DNA of 64,000 nucleotides from Daphnia carinata (Eukaryota): NCBI RefSeq assembly GCF_022539665.2, contig NC_081334.1, positions 2,356,001 to 2,420,000 of the forward strand, read 5' to 3'. Shown piece by piece: positions 15,823 to 28,767 of this stretch (position 1 is its first letter; each line of letters starts with the position of its first letter). The notes under the pieces were generated by a model. It saw only the letters and a program-made list of their open reading frames with translations, ran no database searches and was not told where the DNA came from. The position numbers and the translations under genes were made by a program.

Positions 15823-18096
15823 ATGAACGTTAAGGTGAAACTGGTCGAAAGTCCAACTATCTTTTTGTTGAAAATAGACAGTGATTGTCTTATAACCGAA
15901 TCTGCTGACATTTCAGAAGAAAATCAATTAGAATTAAAAAATTTAAATTCTAATACGCAAGGATGTTGCAAGAGCACCCAAACGAACACCGCACTGCAGA
16001 TCTCGGAGAAAGAACAAACAGCTCCCTTGATTATGAATGTCGGTAACTAAATCAGTTCCTAGTTGTTATTTGTAAAATCAAAAATAACTAAGGTTTCTTA
16101 AACACAGGACCAAGACTCGCAGGCAACTGTATGGGATTTATACGGTAATTTGACATTAATTTCGAATAATTTTTGCATTTAACACGGCATTCACAACCAT
16201 TTTCTTGTTAGATTCTTATCGGGCTATAGAAGAAGACGAACTAACCGATGAAAAGCCGATTGAAACGAAAAGCCCACCAACAGTTTCTAAAGTAACTTCA
16301 CTAGGAAGATCTCTGTCGTCGATCGAAATCGCACCTCTATGGGCTGAGATGGTTGGCGTCGCTTGGCCGAGAGATCCTCTTCAAAGAGTTGAGACTGGCG
16401 ATGGATTAAGATTCAAGCTGGAATGGAAGATGATTTGGTGCGACGACAATCAGTTTACCAAAGTCACCTGTGTGGCATGCAACCCACAAGACCGGGTATG
16501 CAATTTTTTCATTTAAAATACGGCCCAAAATGATTGATGTTTGCAATATTAAATGTCCTACGTCACGTTCCTAGATGCTCTTTGCTGTAGCGTATCAGAA
16601 CCTGAGCACCCACAGAGGCTTTATCACTTGCTGGAACGTGCAAAACGTAACTTATCCGGAACTTGTTATTTCCTCTAGCACCAACCCAACCACCGTTAAA
16701 TTCTCGATTGACAATCCACGTCTCATCGCAGTTGGCGACGAAAGTGGCATGGTTCGCTTTATTAGCATCTCTTCTTCGTCAGGCCACATTGCAGAAAACC
16801 GGGTTCAAAGTACAGTTTCAATTCTACTTGTTTTTTTAGGTATAAATGATACGAACTCATTCGATGCGTTCCATTAGACACTGGCCATAAAGGAAGCGTG
16901 CTTGACTTGTGTTGGGTTGGGAGCAAAGTACTCAGCAGCGGAAGTGACGGAAGAGTTCTCATGTGGATGGCTGTGACGATCGAGCTCACACTCGATTGCC
17001 AAGGTATAATGCTGGCCGTATTCTTCATTTCAGCGACGATATCATAAAAAAAAGAGTCTGTTTTTAATGATTTATGTTGTTCGCAGTTATTGCAGAATTG
17101 CAACCGTCCTACTATCATCTGGAACTGCCAAGGTTGATTGAACTGACTTTGCTCTCACAACCGGACTGTCTGCCTACGCCGGCTGCTCGGTGTTGTGTGG
17201 CACCGCTCAAAAGCGATCCGGATCGATTTATCATCGGCTCCGAAGATGGTTCCCTTCACACCGTACGAATCCTGAAAATTTGTTTGATTTTTTCGAAACT
17301 TTATTTTAATTTAACATTCTCCTTTAGTTTTCTTTCCTTCAAAGTTATGTCCCACTCTTGACGAACCAAAGACATGTCGGGGCAGTTGTTCACATGGAAA
17401 GTATGTTTTACATTAATGAAATATAAAATTTTTGTAACACTTAGAACAGTGATGTAGGATAGCTTTCATTCCCTGTTAAGCACTAAATTTAAAATTTTTG
17501 AGCTGTTCGAAGTAAAAGCAATTTGTGGGAAGGATTATCATGGAAGGCGTGTTAGGTTTAGATGACAAGATTTGTTTCATCACAGGGATAGATTATGAAG
17601 GCAAGGAATTCCTCATCTCCCTTGGAAATGATAACATGATATACGTAGAGACACTGCTAGCAGGAGAGAAGAGTCAAGTTACACCTTTATTTCCAGAGCC
17701 CTTGGTAAAAATGTTTATTTTGCCAACTTAATAATGCTGTGTGAGTAATGTACAATTGTTTTGTGTGTCAAACAGGGATCTATCATCAATTTCACATGTA
17801 ATTCTGATACTCCAGAGTTGATGGCCATCTTGAAACCTGATTCAATCGAACTGTGGAAAATATTTCCAGCGGCCATGTTTTTAATCAGCGCTCGCAGAAT
17901 GCCTGATCCCGCCTGTAAAACTTCACGACTCACTACCGTTTGCTTCCTTCCTTATTCAAAGGTGAATCAATAAATCAGTACTTTAATTTTTAATTCCCTT
18001 AATTCCAGCTTCGGATTTCTATTTGTTGTATAGGCCCTTCTTGTAGGCGATGACATTGGTAAAATCCATGTTTATTCACATAACTACATATCGTGA
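15823..18096 (+). CDS. WDR78: Diverged axonemal dynein intermediate chain, WDR78/DNAI4-like WD40 protein
   Basis: Spliced motifs SQATVWDLY|DSY, VTCVACNPQDR|MLFAVAY, GFITCWNVQNVTYPE, PTTVKFSIDNPRLIAVGDESGMV, GHKGSVLDLCW...LSSGSDGRVLMW, FIIGSEDGSLH and a final exon ALLVGDDIGKIHVY match the WDR78/dynein IC pattern. Some internal junctions (about 16040 and 17400-17530) are uncertain. Confidence 0.72.
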
Positions 18097-18164
18097 AAGT
18101 ACCATGTATTTATTCTAATCGTACACACCAACCTTGGCGGGTTTTTAAAGTAAACTATTACAAG

Positions 18165-18302
18165 ACAATCACAATTCAGATACTCTCATCAAACAGAAAT
18201 ATTCAATTGCTAATGGTTTTGTTACCAATAAAAGGATTTCATTTTTAAATGAATAAAGAAAATTTAATTTATTCTTGACTAGGCCAACTTAAACAAAAAC
18301 CA
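18165..18302 (+). repeat. Copy 1 of a ~140-bp diverged direct repeat (copy 2 at 21901-22040)
   Basis: acaatcacaattc...ccaataaaaggatttcattttt...attcttgactaggccaacttaaa occurs at both positions. Confidence 0.92.
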
Positions 18303-19136
18303 TATTACCCGAATATATATTCACATGAAACTAAATTGCTTTAATTACTACGTGTAGTTACAATTAAGGGACAGCGGTGACCTTTTCCGCATTGAAACGG
18401 GCAATAAAACAACTTATCTATTGGTCTATTCAAACGATTACGAAAAGCCGCAAACTAGGTATTGGGAAACGGGGTTTTACGAATAAGATTATCTTATATT
18501 GTCCAAGTAGGATTACCTTATCAAATGCAATATACAGAATCCGAAAAAGGGCAAAAAAATTACATACTAATAAAGCTGCGACAAAAGAGGTGTTAGCACC
18601 GTGAAACGAAGCTCATCGTAAATCTACTTGTGTCAGGTTTGTACCGCAACATGGTGAGTTAACTAGCATTAAAGTCCTATTTAGATGCGAGAAGAAGGTG
18701 AAAATAACATTTATATTGCTTTGCGTTGATAGAATATAAAAGCAAGCAAACATTTTATTAAAAGGGAGCGATGTTTTCTTACATTTCAATTGTCATCCCC
18801 CTGCCATGATAAATTCACGAAAATCCAATTTGCTTTATTGTTTAATTCTTCTTAATACCTACCGTGTATTAATTGAGCAATGCCGACGACGTGCTGGGCT
18901 TAGTGCATTCTGTATAAATACTCTGTATATCAACAAATTCTTGCATGAAGGTCTGCTCGCACGGCAGAGAACCACTACAGTAAGCAAGGCCCTAGGAAGA
19001 AATTTGCTAACAAAAAGTATTGAAATATTTTAAATACTCATATTATATTTACACTGTATAGATTCATCTGAATTAAATAGCCTTATGTTTCTCTTTTCCT
19101 TGTTAAGGCGATTGACCAACCATATTCGTGCTGAAG

Positions 19137-21669
19137 ATGGAAGTAACAAGTAAAAAAAGTACTCGGTTAACTGTTGTACTTTTAGCTCTCGCATGGATTT
19201 CAAGCATCAACTTGGCCACGGTAGCTACAGCCGAAGACACTGATGACGTATCGACTAGCAATTCGTCCTTAATGCGAGAAGCTGCGAGTAATCCTACGGC
19301 CGAAGACAACAGCTTTGGTAGAAGTGCGGCCGCCTACAGTAGCGCATTGAGCGAAGGCTCTTCGAGCGTCGCACAAGAAGCAGGATCCTCCTGGACAAAG
19401 CTTCAAATATCGCCACTTGCTCTAGGATCAATGCCGTACGGTACGTTCAGAATTAACATTTACGAGCACTCGGCCAATCTACTGGCCAGCACTCCCGAGT
19501 CACGCAAACGATACTACTACGCACCGATTGCTCTCTTGGAACACATCAGCGTCTTCAGTTTGTTTAACAACGTTACTGGAGTGCCTGAATTGCGATTCCG
19601 CGTACAGCTCTGGCACGACGAAATCGAGAAGAAAATTACAACTTACACCGCCAAACTGTTGCAAAGAAAGGTTTTACAGGAGCAGGTCGAGGTGATCCCA
19701 TTCAACAAGGTGATCCTCGTCACAACGTCTCCTTCAAAAGATTACTGGCCGTCGAACGAATGGATTCCCTATCAATTCCACCAGTCGATCGAGTTCCAAC
19801 TGACCTGCAACGAAATGATCAAATGTCAACAACTCGAGAAAAACATGCGCGTAAATCCCTATCAGTTCTCTCACTTGAAATTGCTTTTTAGTTTGGACTC
19901 ACAGACGACGCAGAGGCGCGAGACTGTCATCCGCGTGGAAAGCATCTTATCTGGCGAAATGATGAGCACATTGAATCAACGATACCCAAACAAGCCCGAT
20001 GCTCTTTTAACAGCACAGGACGAGAAGCGATTGTTGACCGAATCGGCCACCAACGTCATTGTCGATTCTTTCGACGATTCCGAGGTCATCACGTCCACGT
20101 CCGAAACGCAGATCTATAGCATGTTGAAAGACATGCTCATCAGCGCCCGAACAACGATCAAAGATCAGGGAGACGAAATGTGGGAGTCAGTATTCTGGAA
20201 CGAGGACAACTACAGGCCTGACAAAGCAACCAAAACATGGAACGAGATATACAACAAACTGGACACGGAAACGCAACGTCACCTAAAAGAGGAGTTCAGC
20301 GATTCAAACAGTTTCAGTCTTTCAAATGAAGTACGCCTACGAATAGTTAAGGTGGCCACATCTGTAAGCGCATCATGGAGTTCGAGTGGTTTAACCGAAA
20401 GCGAAGCCATAGATAAATTCTACCAAGAAACCAAGAACTCCGTGCAATGGGAAGGTGAACAGTTCAAGCCGAAACAAATGGATTTGAGCCGAGTGAACCT
20501 GAATGATTTGCGAGACTCGCAGAACTATCAAGACCGAAGTGTTCGCGTTAGTTACTCGATGGCCGTTTTGTCCATCGGAATCAATTTTGCCGAGTACAGT
20601 GACGCTCAGTCGAACAGCATTATTTTCCAGCTCCAGAAACAAGTTGACGGTAATAGCGTTTGCCATCCCTAGATTTTGATGGATTTGGCCTTAAGCTTGT
20701 ACTTAATTAGATCAAATTTAATTGTCATTTTGAATTTTGTAGATTTGAAAACCTCTCTGAACGTTACTTCAACGAGTAAGTATTTAATTTAATTTAATAG
20801 GCTACAGTTGTTTCATTGCCTGAAAAATTTTGTCTAATAGCGTTGGCTTTGCCTATATTTCGTGGGTTTGCCCTAAGTTTATTTCAATTTAATAGGCTAC
20901 AGTTAATTTCACCTGAATTGTCTAACAATTGTTGCCGCTTACTTTTACGCTTTGCCTTTATCTCATTTTAAATGTTTCAATTCGTTTTCAGGTTTGAAAA
21001 CTTCCCAGGACGTTTTAGCTTCAAGTAAGTATACTTTCTTTTGAAATACGATTTGTTTACTAAACTTTTAAGGCGGTACATGTTACCGCTTAGTGGATTG
21101 TTTTACTATTGCCAATCCGGCCAAAGGTGTACATATCCTTACATAAATAGTTTAGAGATGGATGTTCATTAGAATTTTGTATTTAACGCTTAATTCTTTC
21201 AATTCAAGGAATCACTGCCAACCAAAACCGACTCACTTCTCTCGAGACGAAGAAACCTGGCGTCTACTTCAACGTCTACAGAAATTCGTCCTTTAACGTT
21301 CAAAACGCGTTCATTCCTTTCCAAGCCGCTCGTCTTAACATCGGCAATGCAATGAATATTGGAACAGGAGTTTTCAGGGCCCCCGAAGCCGGCATTTACG
21401 CCTTCTATTTCAACGGGATTAAATACAAACCATCCGATGGTGTACTAACTAACCAAAACGGCGCAACTACCATCGCTTTCTATTTGAACGAGCAGTCCAT
21501 AGGGAGATCAGAAGCAGGACATTCAGCCGAAGAGGGAACACTCTCCTACAGTACGATTGTAGAACTAAAAGCTGGTGACCAAGTCAAGTTGAAGCTTGTC
21601 CAAGGAATCCTTCATGATTCAGTTGTGTATCACACTCGGTTCTCAGGAGCATTGTTGAAAGGGAATTAA
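19137..21669 (+). CDS. Secreted protein: signal peptide, ~450-aa unassigned domain, short coiled coil and C-terminal C1q globular domain
   Basis: Exon 19137-20649 (signal RLTVVLLALAWISSINLATVATA), two 33-nt phase-1 microexons at 20743-20775 and 20992-21024, and exon 21209-21669 with C1q motifs VYFNVYR...IPFQAARLNIGNAMNIGTGVFRAPEAGIYAFYF...VELKAGDQVKL...TRFSGALL. Confidence 0.85.
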
Positions 21670-21900
21670 TTCGATACGCAATAGTGACTGTATTCATCTT
21701 CTAAAAAAAATGACATGTATCTTTTCTTTGTTAAATACCAAATGGGTGAAGGTCTATATTCATTTAGGAACGTAGGCTACCAACATCAGATTTGATGAAG
21801 CAAAGGGGTTAGTATAGTTCTACTGTTTTAAAGTGAAAAATATAACAAATTTTGCTATTATATGATGCGGATTTCTTATTGTTTTTGTTATTGCAATAAA

Positions 21901-22040
21901 ACAATCACAATTCGAATACATTCATCAGACAGGCACATTCAATTGTGAATCGTTTTGTTGCCAATAAAAGGATTTCATTTTTGAATGCATAAAGAAGATT
22001 TAGTAAATTCTTGACTAGGCCAACTTAAAACAAAAACCAG
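21901..22040 (+). repeat. Copy 2 of the ~140-bp diverged direct repeat
   Basis: Aligns by eye with 18165-18302. Confidence 0.92.
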
Positions 22041-22211
22041 ATTTCAAAAAATAATATACTATTATGTGTGACAACCTTGAATCGATAAAAACTAATGACA
22101 AAACAATATCCATATACCACAGGTCCATAACCTTACATATACGTATCAATAATATAGTCGGTTTTAATTTATTCCCCCAGAAAAGTCTGTTTGTCGCAAT
22201 TACCTTTTCCT

Positions 22212-25200
22212 TTATTCGTTGACATCCAGCGTACAGCGCCTGTTGAAAGTTTGGGCAGTTTCTCGAATCCATTTGTTGCTAACTGTAACGAAATCATTTC
22301 AATAAATCTAGAAATCTTTGAAAACGAATCGAGTGACGTGACTCACCCCATTTGTGACCCAATAGGACGGGACAGGCTCCGTGAAGAGTTAAAGGATCAG
22401 GTTTTCCACTGCGTTTCAAATTGAACCAAAAAGCTGCCCCGCCTCGGACAGGCTTGACAGCGACGCCAGCCCGCGGGAAAGCCGTCGACCCACCGCGTTC
22501 CACGTCGTTAAGCTGTAATCGAATGACAATGGTGATCACTTCGACATAAAATGATGCGTTTTATGATCCTACAAAATGTTTTTACCCATCTCTCCGTGTA
22601 ATTCCCTATACCGAATAGCCAGCCGCAAAAACGGTACAAGAAAATTGGAAATATCATCGGAAAAAAGCAAAGCCTTGCGGCTAAAATATTGCAGCGTGAC
22701 TGCAATTGTGTCTAGTAGAGCTAACCACAGGCTCCCATAAATTGACGAACAATAGAAGAAGAGACTTAAGGTACTTGTTTTTTCACCAAGTGCTCACCAG
22801 AAGTATGAAAATAAAGCTTCCCATAAACATTCAAAAACTTGACTGGTTATTGGGGTGGATCTCTTAACGAACCCGTAAACCATGCGAAAAAAAAAGCCCT
22901 TAATATTAGAATAGCAAATGCAAAACCATAACGAAACAAACACGAAAAGAAACAAAGCGGGAGTGCGTCAAAATGGCTTCAACATGCCGATGTAACAGTT
23001 CCCGACTTAAACTGAACGTTCGGCATGAACAGCGAGAAACATGCCACATGAGATTTGGTCGATGAGGAACAACCGTCTAATACTCACGTAAAACATAAAC
23101 GTTGCTATCCGATCACCAGCTTGAAGCTCTCGATGATGCATGTATTTCTTTTTCGCCTAAAACAAAAAACGAAATTGCGAAAGAACGAAGCATGGCATTC
23201 AACCAGAAAAAAAACAAAAGTTAGTTCAACCAAACGAAAATCCATTGTTTTTCACATGATCCGGAAGAAGTGTGTTAAAAGCGTGAGAAAAAGGTCTTTG
23301 TGTCCACTGCCCGTTGCCAGGGAAGAAACTATTGTTTCTCTAGTCCAATTCTATACACGTCGATCTACTCCCTTTTCTAAAAATTTAAAGTCTTTTATCT
23401 TTTTCGACTTACGTAAAACATGAAAGTTGATATTCTGTCGCCCATTGCACGTTCTTGAGGTGGCATCTGTCCCAGCTGTGAATGGGACCATTAGTGCCGC
23501 ATAAAGTATGTCAGTCATGTCAACAGTGCAAGGTTTAGTTTGAGAAAAGAAGAGTTGAACAGGTGCGAAATTTAGTGATGCGCCAGGGAATTCATTTCAA
23601 ATTCTGTAAATGTCTAGACATTGAAACTTAATCTTCCGTTAAAAGAATAAAAGACTTTATCGTGAGAAATCGTGAAGCGTAAACGAACGATTAAATAAAA
23701 AATGGCTCGTTTACTTTTGCTAAAGTAAACGTGTCCAACGCGATAAAAAAGATCCCCTTTGTTTGCGCTAAAAAGACATTTTCCAAGCCATCGTGGAATC
23801 TGTTACCACTGCCACAATTAAACAGATCGTCTCAAGGTGACCGCCAACAAATTTGGGAACGATGGGAATGAAAACGCGATCATTGACTGAAAATGCCTCT
23901 TGTTCTGGTTGCCTACATACGTTGGAAAAACGCGTCCACTATTAGGAACAAAGAAGAACACGGATCCCTCAATTTAGATGAAGGGAAATTCTACTGGCGC
24001 ATCACTAGTTAGAATAACAAGAAAAAAATTCATAGTTGCCTCGAAATCCGCTTTGCCTTTCATCAGGTAGTCGTGATGAGGTGCGTAATGACCACCGATC
24101 CCGTAATTAGCAACCTAGGCACCAAAGCAATAATTACGAAACAATTTGAGTAAAAAAATTAAGTTTAAAAAAACGAACTTGAAGTAGCTCAGCTTCATCG
24201 TGAATAGGATTCGTTTTCAAGCCAGTAATAAGCGAAATACGTCGAGTTAAACGGTTTAACAGTGGATGTAATCCTTCAGCAAGCCAGGCCGTTTTTGAAG
24301 TTCTGACGTTGGAAACTTCATGTCCGGCCCCAGTTCTGCCTTGCACCATCGATCGAGCCAACTGTATTCAATTCAATGTTTTTCGAATCACACACTCATC
24401 TTCTCGTAAAGAAATCTAGTTACCAATGGTTTGGCCAATTCTTTAATCGTTTCGATTTCATCATCACTCAGGACATCGTGAAAAGTGTAGATAGCTGGCT
24501 CCATTGAATTCTGTTCGATTTTGATTGGCATGAGAAGAAAATAAGGCTGGCGACGGGAATCGTACCAGCATTTCAGCTGCGCCAATACCTTATCGTTCTA
24601 AAATTACAGGAAACGTATATAACGTCAATCTCATACTTTTTCAAAGTATTTGCGGTTATACCAAGAGCGTTTCGCCCCTACACAGGGCGTTGAAATTAGT
24701 GGCGTCGTCTTGATCGGTGATGTGCTTTCCCACGTTGTACTTTCGGCTGCGGATGATTTCGCTGCGCTGAACGCCCGCCGATTTCTCCTTCAAAGGCAAT
24801 CGGAACGAATTGGTGTGCGATAGAACAGCCATCGGATGCCGCTTTTTCGTTTGTTGCAAAGTATCGTCATGCTGCATTATTAAAACGTTCAATTACAGTT
24901 CAAAGAAATTGAAACGATGATGTGTTTACCATGTTGATAGCGTGCTGAATAAATTCCATCACTTGGTCCTGTCTTAGAGTTCTGTTATTTTCCTGTCCGG
25001 CCAAAATATAAGATTCTTCAAACCACTCTACTGCTCGAGCGTACGCTCCCGCGTTGAAGGCGTGTTTTCCCATAAACAAGCAATCTTGTGCGGTCAATTC
25101 TACGGAACAAAAAGGAAAACAGTGTCATCAGTACCGCACCAGATGGCTTGAAAAATAAATAGAGGGAACATTACCCGCTCGTGTTTGCCTTCCCCAAAGA

Positions 25201-25846
25201 TTTCCTCTTGCTAATTGAGTCATATTTAATTCGTAAGTGTCTTGTAAACGAACTAACGCTTGAGCTGCACCGAAAAAGTCCTCTTCTTTCGGGAATTTTG
25301 CACCCATGCGTACCTGTTCCAACCGCCTCAACGCATCTGTTTAAATCAAGAAAACTTTGATCCATGTCACACATGTATAAAGTCATAACAATACTTCGCC
25401 AATTGTCGGTTTTGATTTCTTTTTCAACTGTTTGCCAGTCGAAATAGAGTCGTTTCATCAATCGGTAAGCGTGAATCGGATTCCCTGCAACACGTTCCAT
25501 GAACTCTTCTTCGCTAGCCGCTTTTTCTTCGACGACGCTCTCGTAGTCTTTCAGATATCTAAAACACGAAGAAAAATTTATAAAATAAACCATTTTGCTG
25601 ATTTTAGCTAACGACGTGCTCCGTTAAAGAAAAAGTCTTCTTTTATTTCACTTACTGGCGAATGATTCCCAATTTAGCTTCCGTTTGGGCCACTAATTCT
25701 CCGAGCACGTTGACCACTTGTTGTTCAAGGCGAAAGGTGTTGGCCAAATCGGCTGAAGCGGAAAACATATCACCAACAACCGGTTGATTTCTTAGCAGCA
25801 GGGCTGTTATTGTTATTAGGAAACTTGCAGGAATGGAACCCATCAT
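22212..25846 (-). CDS. P4HA: Collagen prolyl 4-hydroxylase alpha subunit, with alternative exons
   Basis: Signal peptide followed by DMFSASADL; GNPIHAYRLMKRL; GAAQALVRLQDTYEL; TAQDCLFMGK; VRTSKTAWL; AELLQ|VANYGIGGHYAPHHDY (HxD); GDRIATFMFY|LNDVERGGSTAFP; TLHGACPVLLGHKW|VSNKWIRE...*. Confidence 0.96.
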
Positions 25847-28767
25847 GCCTCTTTATTGTTTCAGATTATAACCTGTTATGAAAAAAACATAATAAACATT
25901 ATCAAAATAGCGTATCACAGTTTGGACGTTAACACTATGCGTAATTCGTTGCAATGACCTTAAAGAAAATAATAGCCTTTATCATAACCAAATTACACGA
26001 TGATAAACCTCACAGGAAATCAACTAAAACCACGACCGACTCCCACCGGACCAAAGCCACAAATTATTGAGGTACCAACACATCAGATTGTCATATTATT
26101 CGTGCAGTGATGATCTGTTTTGATTACATTCGTTATAAACAACAGATGTCAAAACAAATTAGCCGTGTTATGAATATTCCCTACCCGAAAAAGCATGCAA
26201 ACACAAACGAATCGATTTTATAATTTGATTTTAAAATAAATTTAGCTTATGTCGTTTCAAATCTGGGATATGTCGTGTTTCTGGCTAGTTGCACAAGAAA
26301 ACAGTTAAGAGCAAACAAAACATGACAGATCCCAGTTTCATAGCAATTCAAATACAAATGGCGTGCTGTGTGTGGTACCCATTGAAAGATATCGTTCTTT
26401 GTGCAACATATTTTCACGCACGCTAAGTTACCGCTAACTCCTCGATTGGAATATAGTATTCGTTCATTGAGCAGACAACAGCTATTACAAAGTGAGCGCT
26501 TCACGGACTTTGGGAAAAGTCCCGTTAAATTTCTAAGCTGCATCGATGTGACCCTTTGAGCCCTACGATATACCCTTGAAGCTAACCATAGATTTTAAGA
26601 AAGATGTAGAAAAATAAGGATAGAACATCTATGTGGAACGAGAAATAAATAGCACAAATAGCGCCAGATGGAATGACGTTAGTTAATGCGATGACGAAAC
26701 AAAAAGGCTATCCTGTCGTTCGGTTGAATGCGACGGTGATTAAAGAGCGCCATGCAAATGATGCCATCTGTTTTAATAACCTTCCCTTAATTTAGATTTC
26801 CTTCCCTATTGTTTGAGAGATGATGAGGAAGGAAAGCACATGAGCATTGCTCCGTGGCACTGAACGCATTCTCCTCTTGCGTGAACGCAGACATACGAAG
26901 TTCACGGACCTACCGGACGAAGTTTAAGGACCTATTTTTTGTCTAACATTTTTCAAAATTCCGTTATGAAACTATGTGTAGACGCTTTTACACGTCCTAT
27001 TGTGCAATTTTTGTTTTCACAAACGATGCCAATCAAGAGCCAACTCGAGTGAACGGTATAATCGGGGGGACACAATAAACGAAATCTTGTTCGAATGAAC
27101 GTTTTCCCACGGGAAACAATCTGGCACGCTTTCAGTGATCTACCGCTATAATGTACACGTTACGATACAATGCGGACCGATTTTTCTTTTGAAAGGCAAT
27201 CATCAACTTTTGCTGTATCACCGTTAACATTGAAAGTATAACGTGGAGGAATTTTCTGAAAACAAAATCTACGGAAAGAAATTGCAATATTCGAATATTC
27301 CGCATAATTCGTGAGCCAATCAACATCCCCAAACGTACAAACAATACAAATGACTTAATTACGAATCAAAATTAATGATAAGTGGTTGTTTCTTACCTGT
27401 AGGCCTGAAGTCTTGAATTAAATGTAAGTTGAAGAATCTTGTTAGCGTCCGCACTTCTTGACGATTGCCGTCCAACTGTGAGCAGACTTTGTTGTACCTG
27501 GACTGGTTAAGGTTTTTTTCTTTCCCGGCCATTTTTCTCTTCCTTTGGACGACTAGGAATTCCACAATTCTATAGTAAGCCGCAAGAAGAGAGAAGGGGA
27601 AAGGAACAACGTTAAACCATCGGTGAGACACGACACAAACAATGACACACACACACACATTTGAGGTCTTTCACACATTTGCTTCAAGGACGTTTGCTTA
27701 CCTGAGCGCAGCTGGTATGGCCGATGTTGGTAATAACTCCCAATGCCTCTTTGAAAAGCCTCTGGTAGACGGAATTAGGAGAAACAAAGGGAACCTCATC
27801 AAAAAGTCCGATATTCTCACAATTAAACCGAGTGATGACGCGTCTTTGTTTTTTTTAGAGGTGAAACACATAGAATACCTGGTATTGGGTTGTTTATTAC
27901 CCTACCACACGTATCATGTACTTATTAATCTACATCCGTAAGAGCGCGAGACGCAGTCCATTCGGATTGATCATGCGAATTTCAGACTGCAATTTTTTCC
28001 AGATAATTCTTCAGACGCGAAACAAGTCATTTAATAATTACCCATAGCTGTTGAGAACTGTTCCAGTTCACATGCCGCAGAAACAATGGATAGTTAAAAC
28101 AACTTGGCAAATGGAAGGAGGGTGGAAAAAAGGGAAAACGACACCCATAGAAAGTGGGCGATTGCACAACGCACTATGCCGTGATTGAAGGCTGATGATC
28201 CTTTAGAACGGTGGCATACCAGGAGTTGAAAGAACGCGGCTTCATGTGTAAAGTTCCTTCTAAAAAACTAATTTTGCATTTTTTTCCAGCCCCGACTCGC
28301 GCGACACGCCTATTCTTCTTATATGGGTCGGTGGCGTAGGGAACTTAAAGAGACCAGCAACCATCTGTTGCGCTCATCTGCTCCCCCTCTTTGCGGTTCA
28401 CCGCAGTTTTCGCCACCTAAATGGCTTGGCTATTCTACGTACTATTGGACCTTGAAAAGGGTTACAAGAACGTAGCAAAAGCGAGAAAGTTCGAGACCGA
28501 AGGTGAAAGTTAGTATGACTTTCGCTCATCCATGAAAATGGCACTTTATGCGAAAGGGAGTCACGTTTGATCATTTTCTAAGAATCATTCAATTTTACTT
28601 TAAAGAAAATGAACTTACTTGATTTAGATTTTGTAGCAAACATGCTCCTTACTCACATGATGGATATATTCTTAAAAAAGAATCGGACGTCTTTTACAAA
28701 AACCACAGCTTAATTGCGGTAGACGCCAGGACACGGCAGCCACCTAAACACACACTCGCAAAACATT

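Noticed and set aside
27905..27915. TACGTG hypoxia-response core upstream of P4HA
   Set aside because: A single 6-mer is expected by chance, and there is no cluster or conservation evidence.
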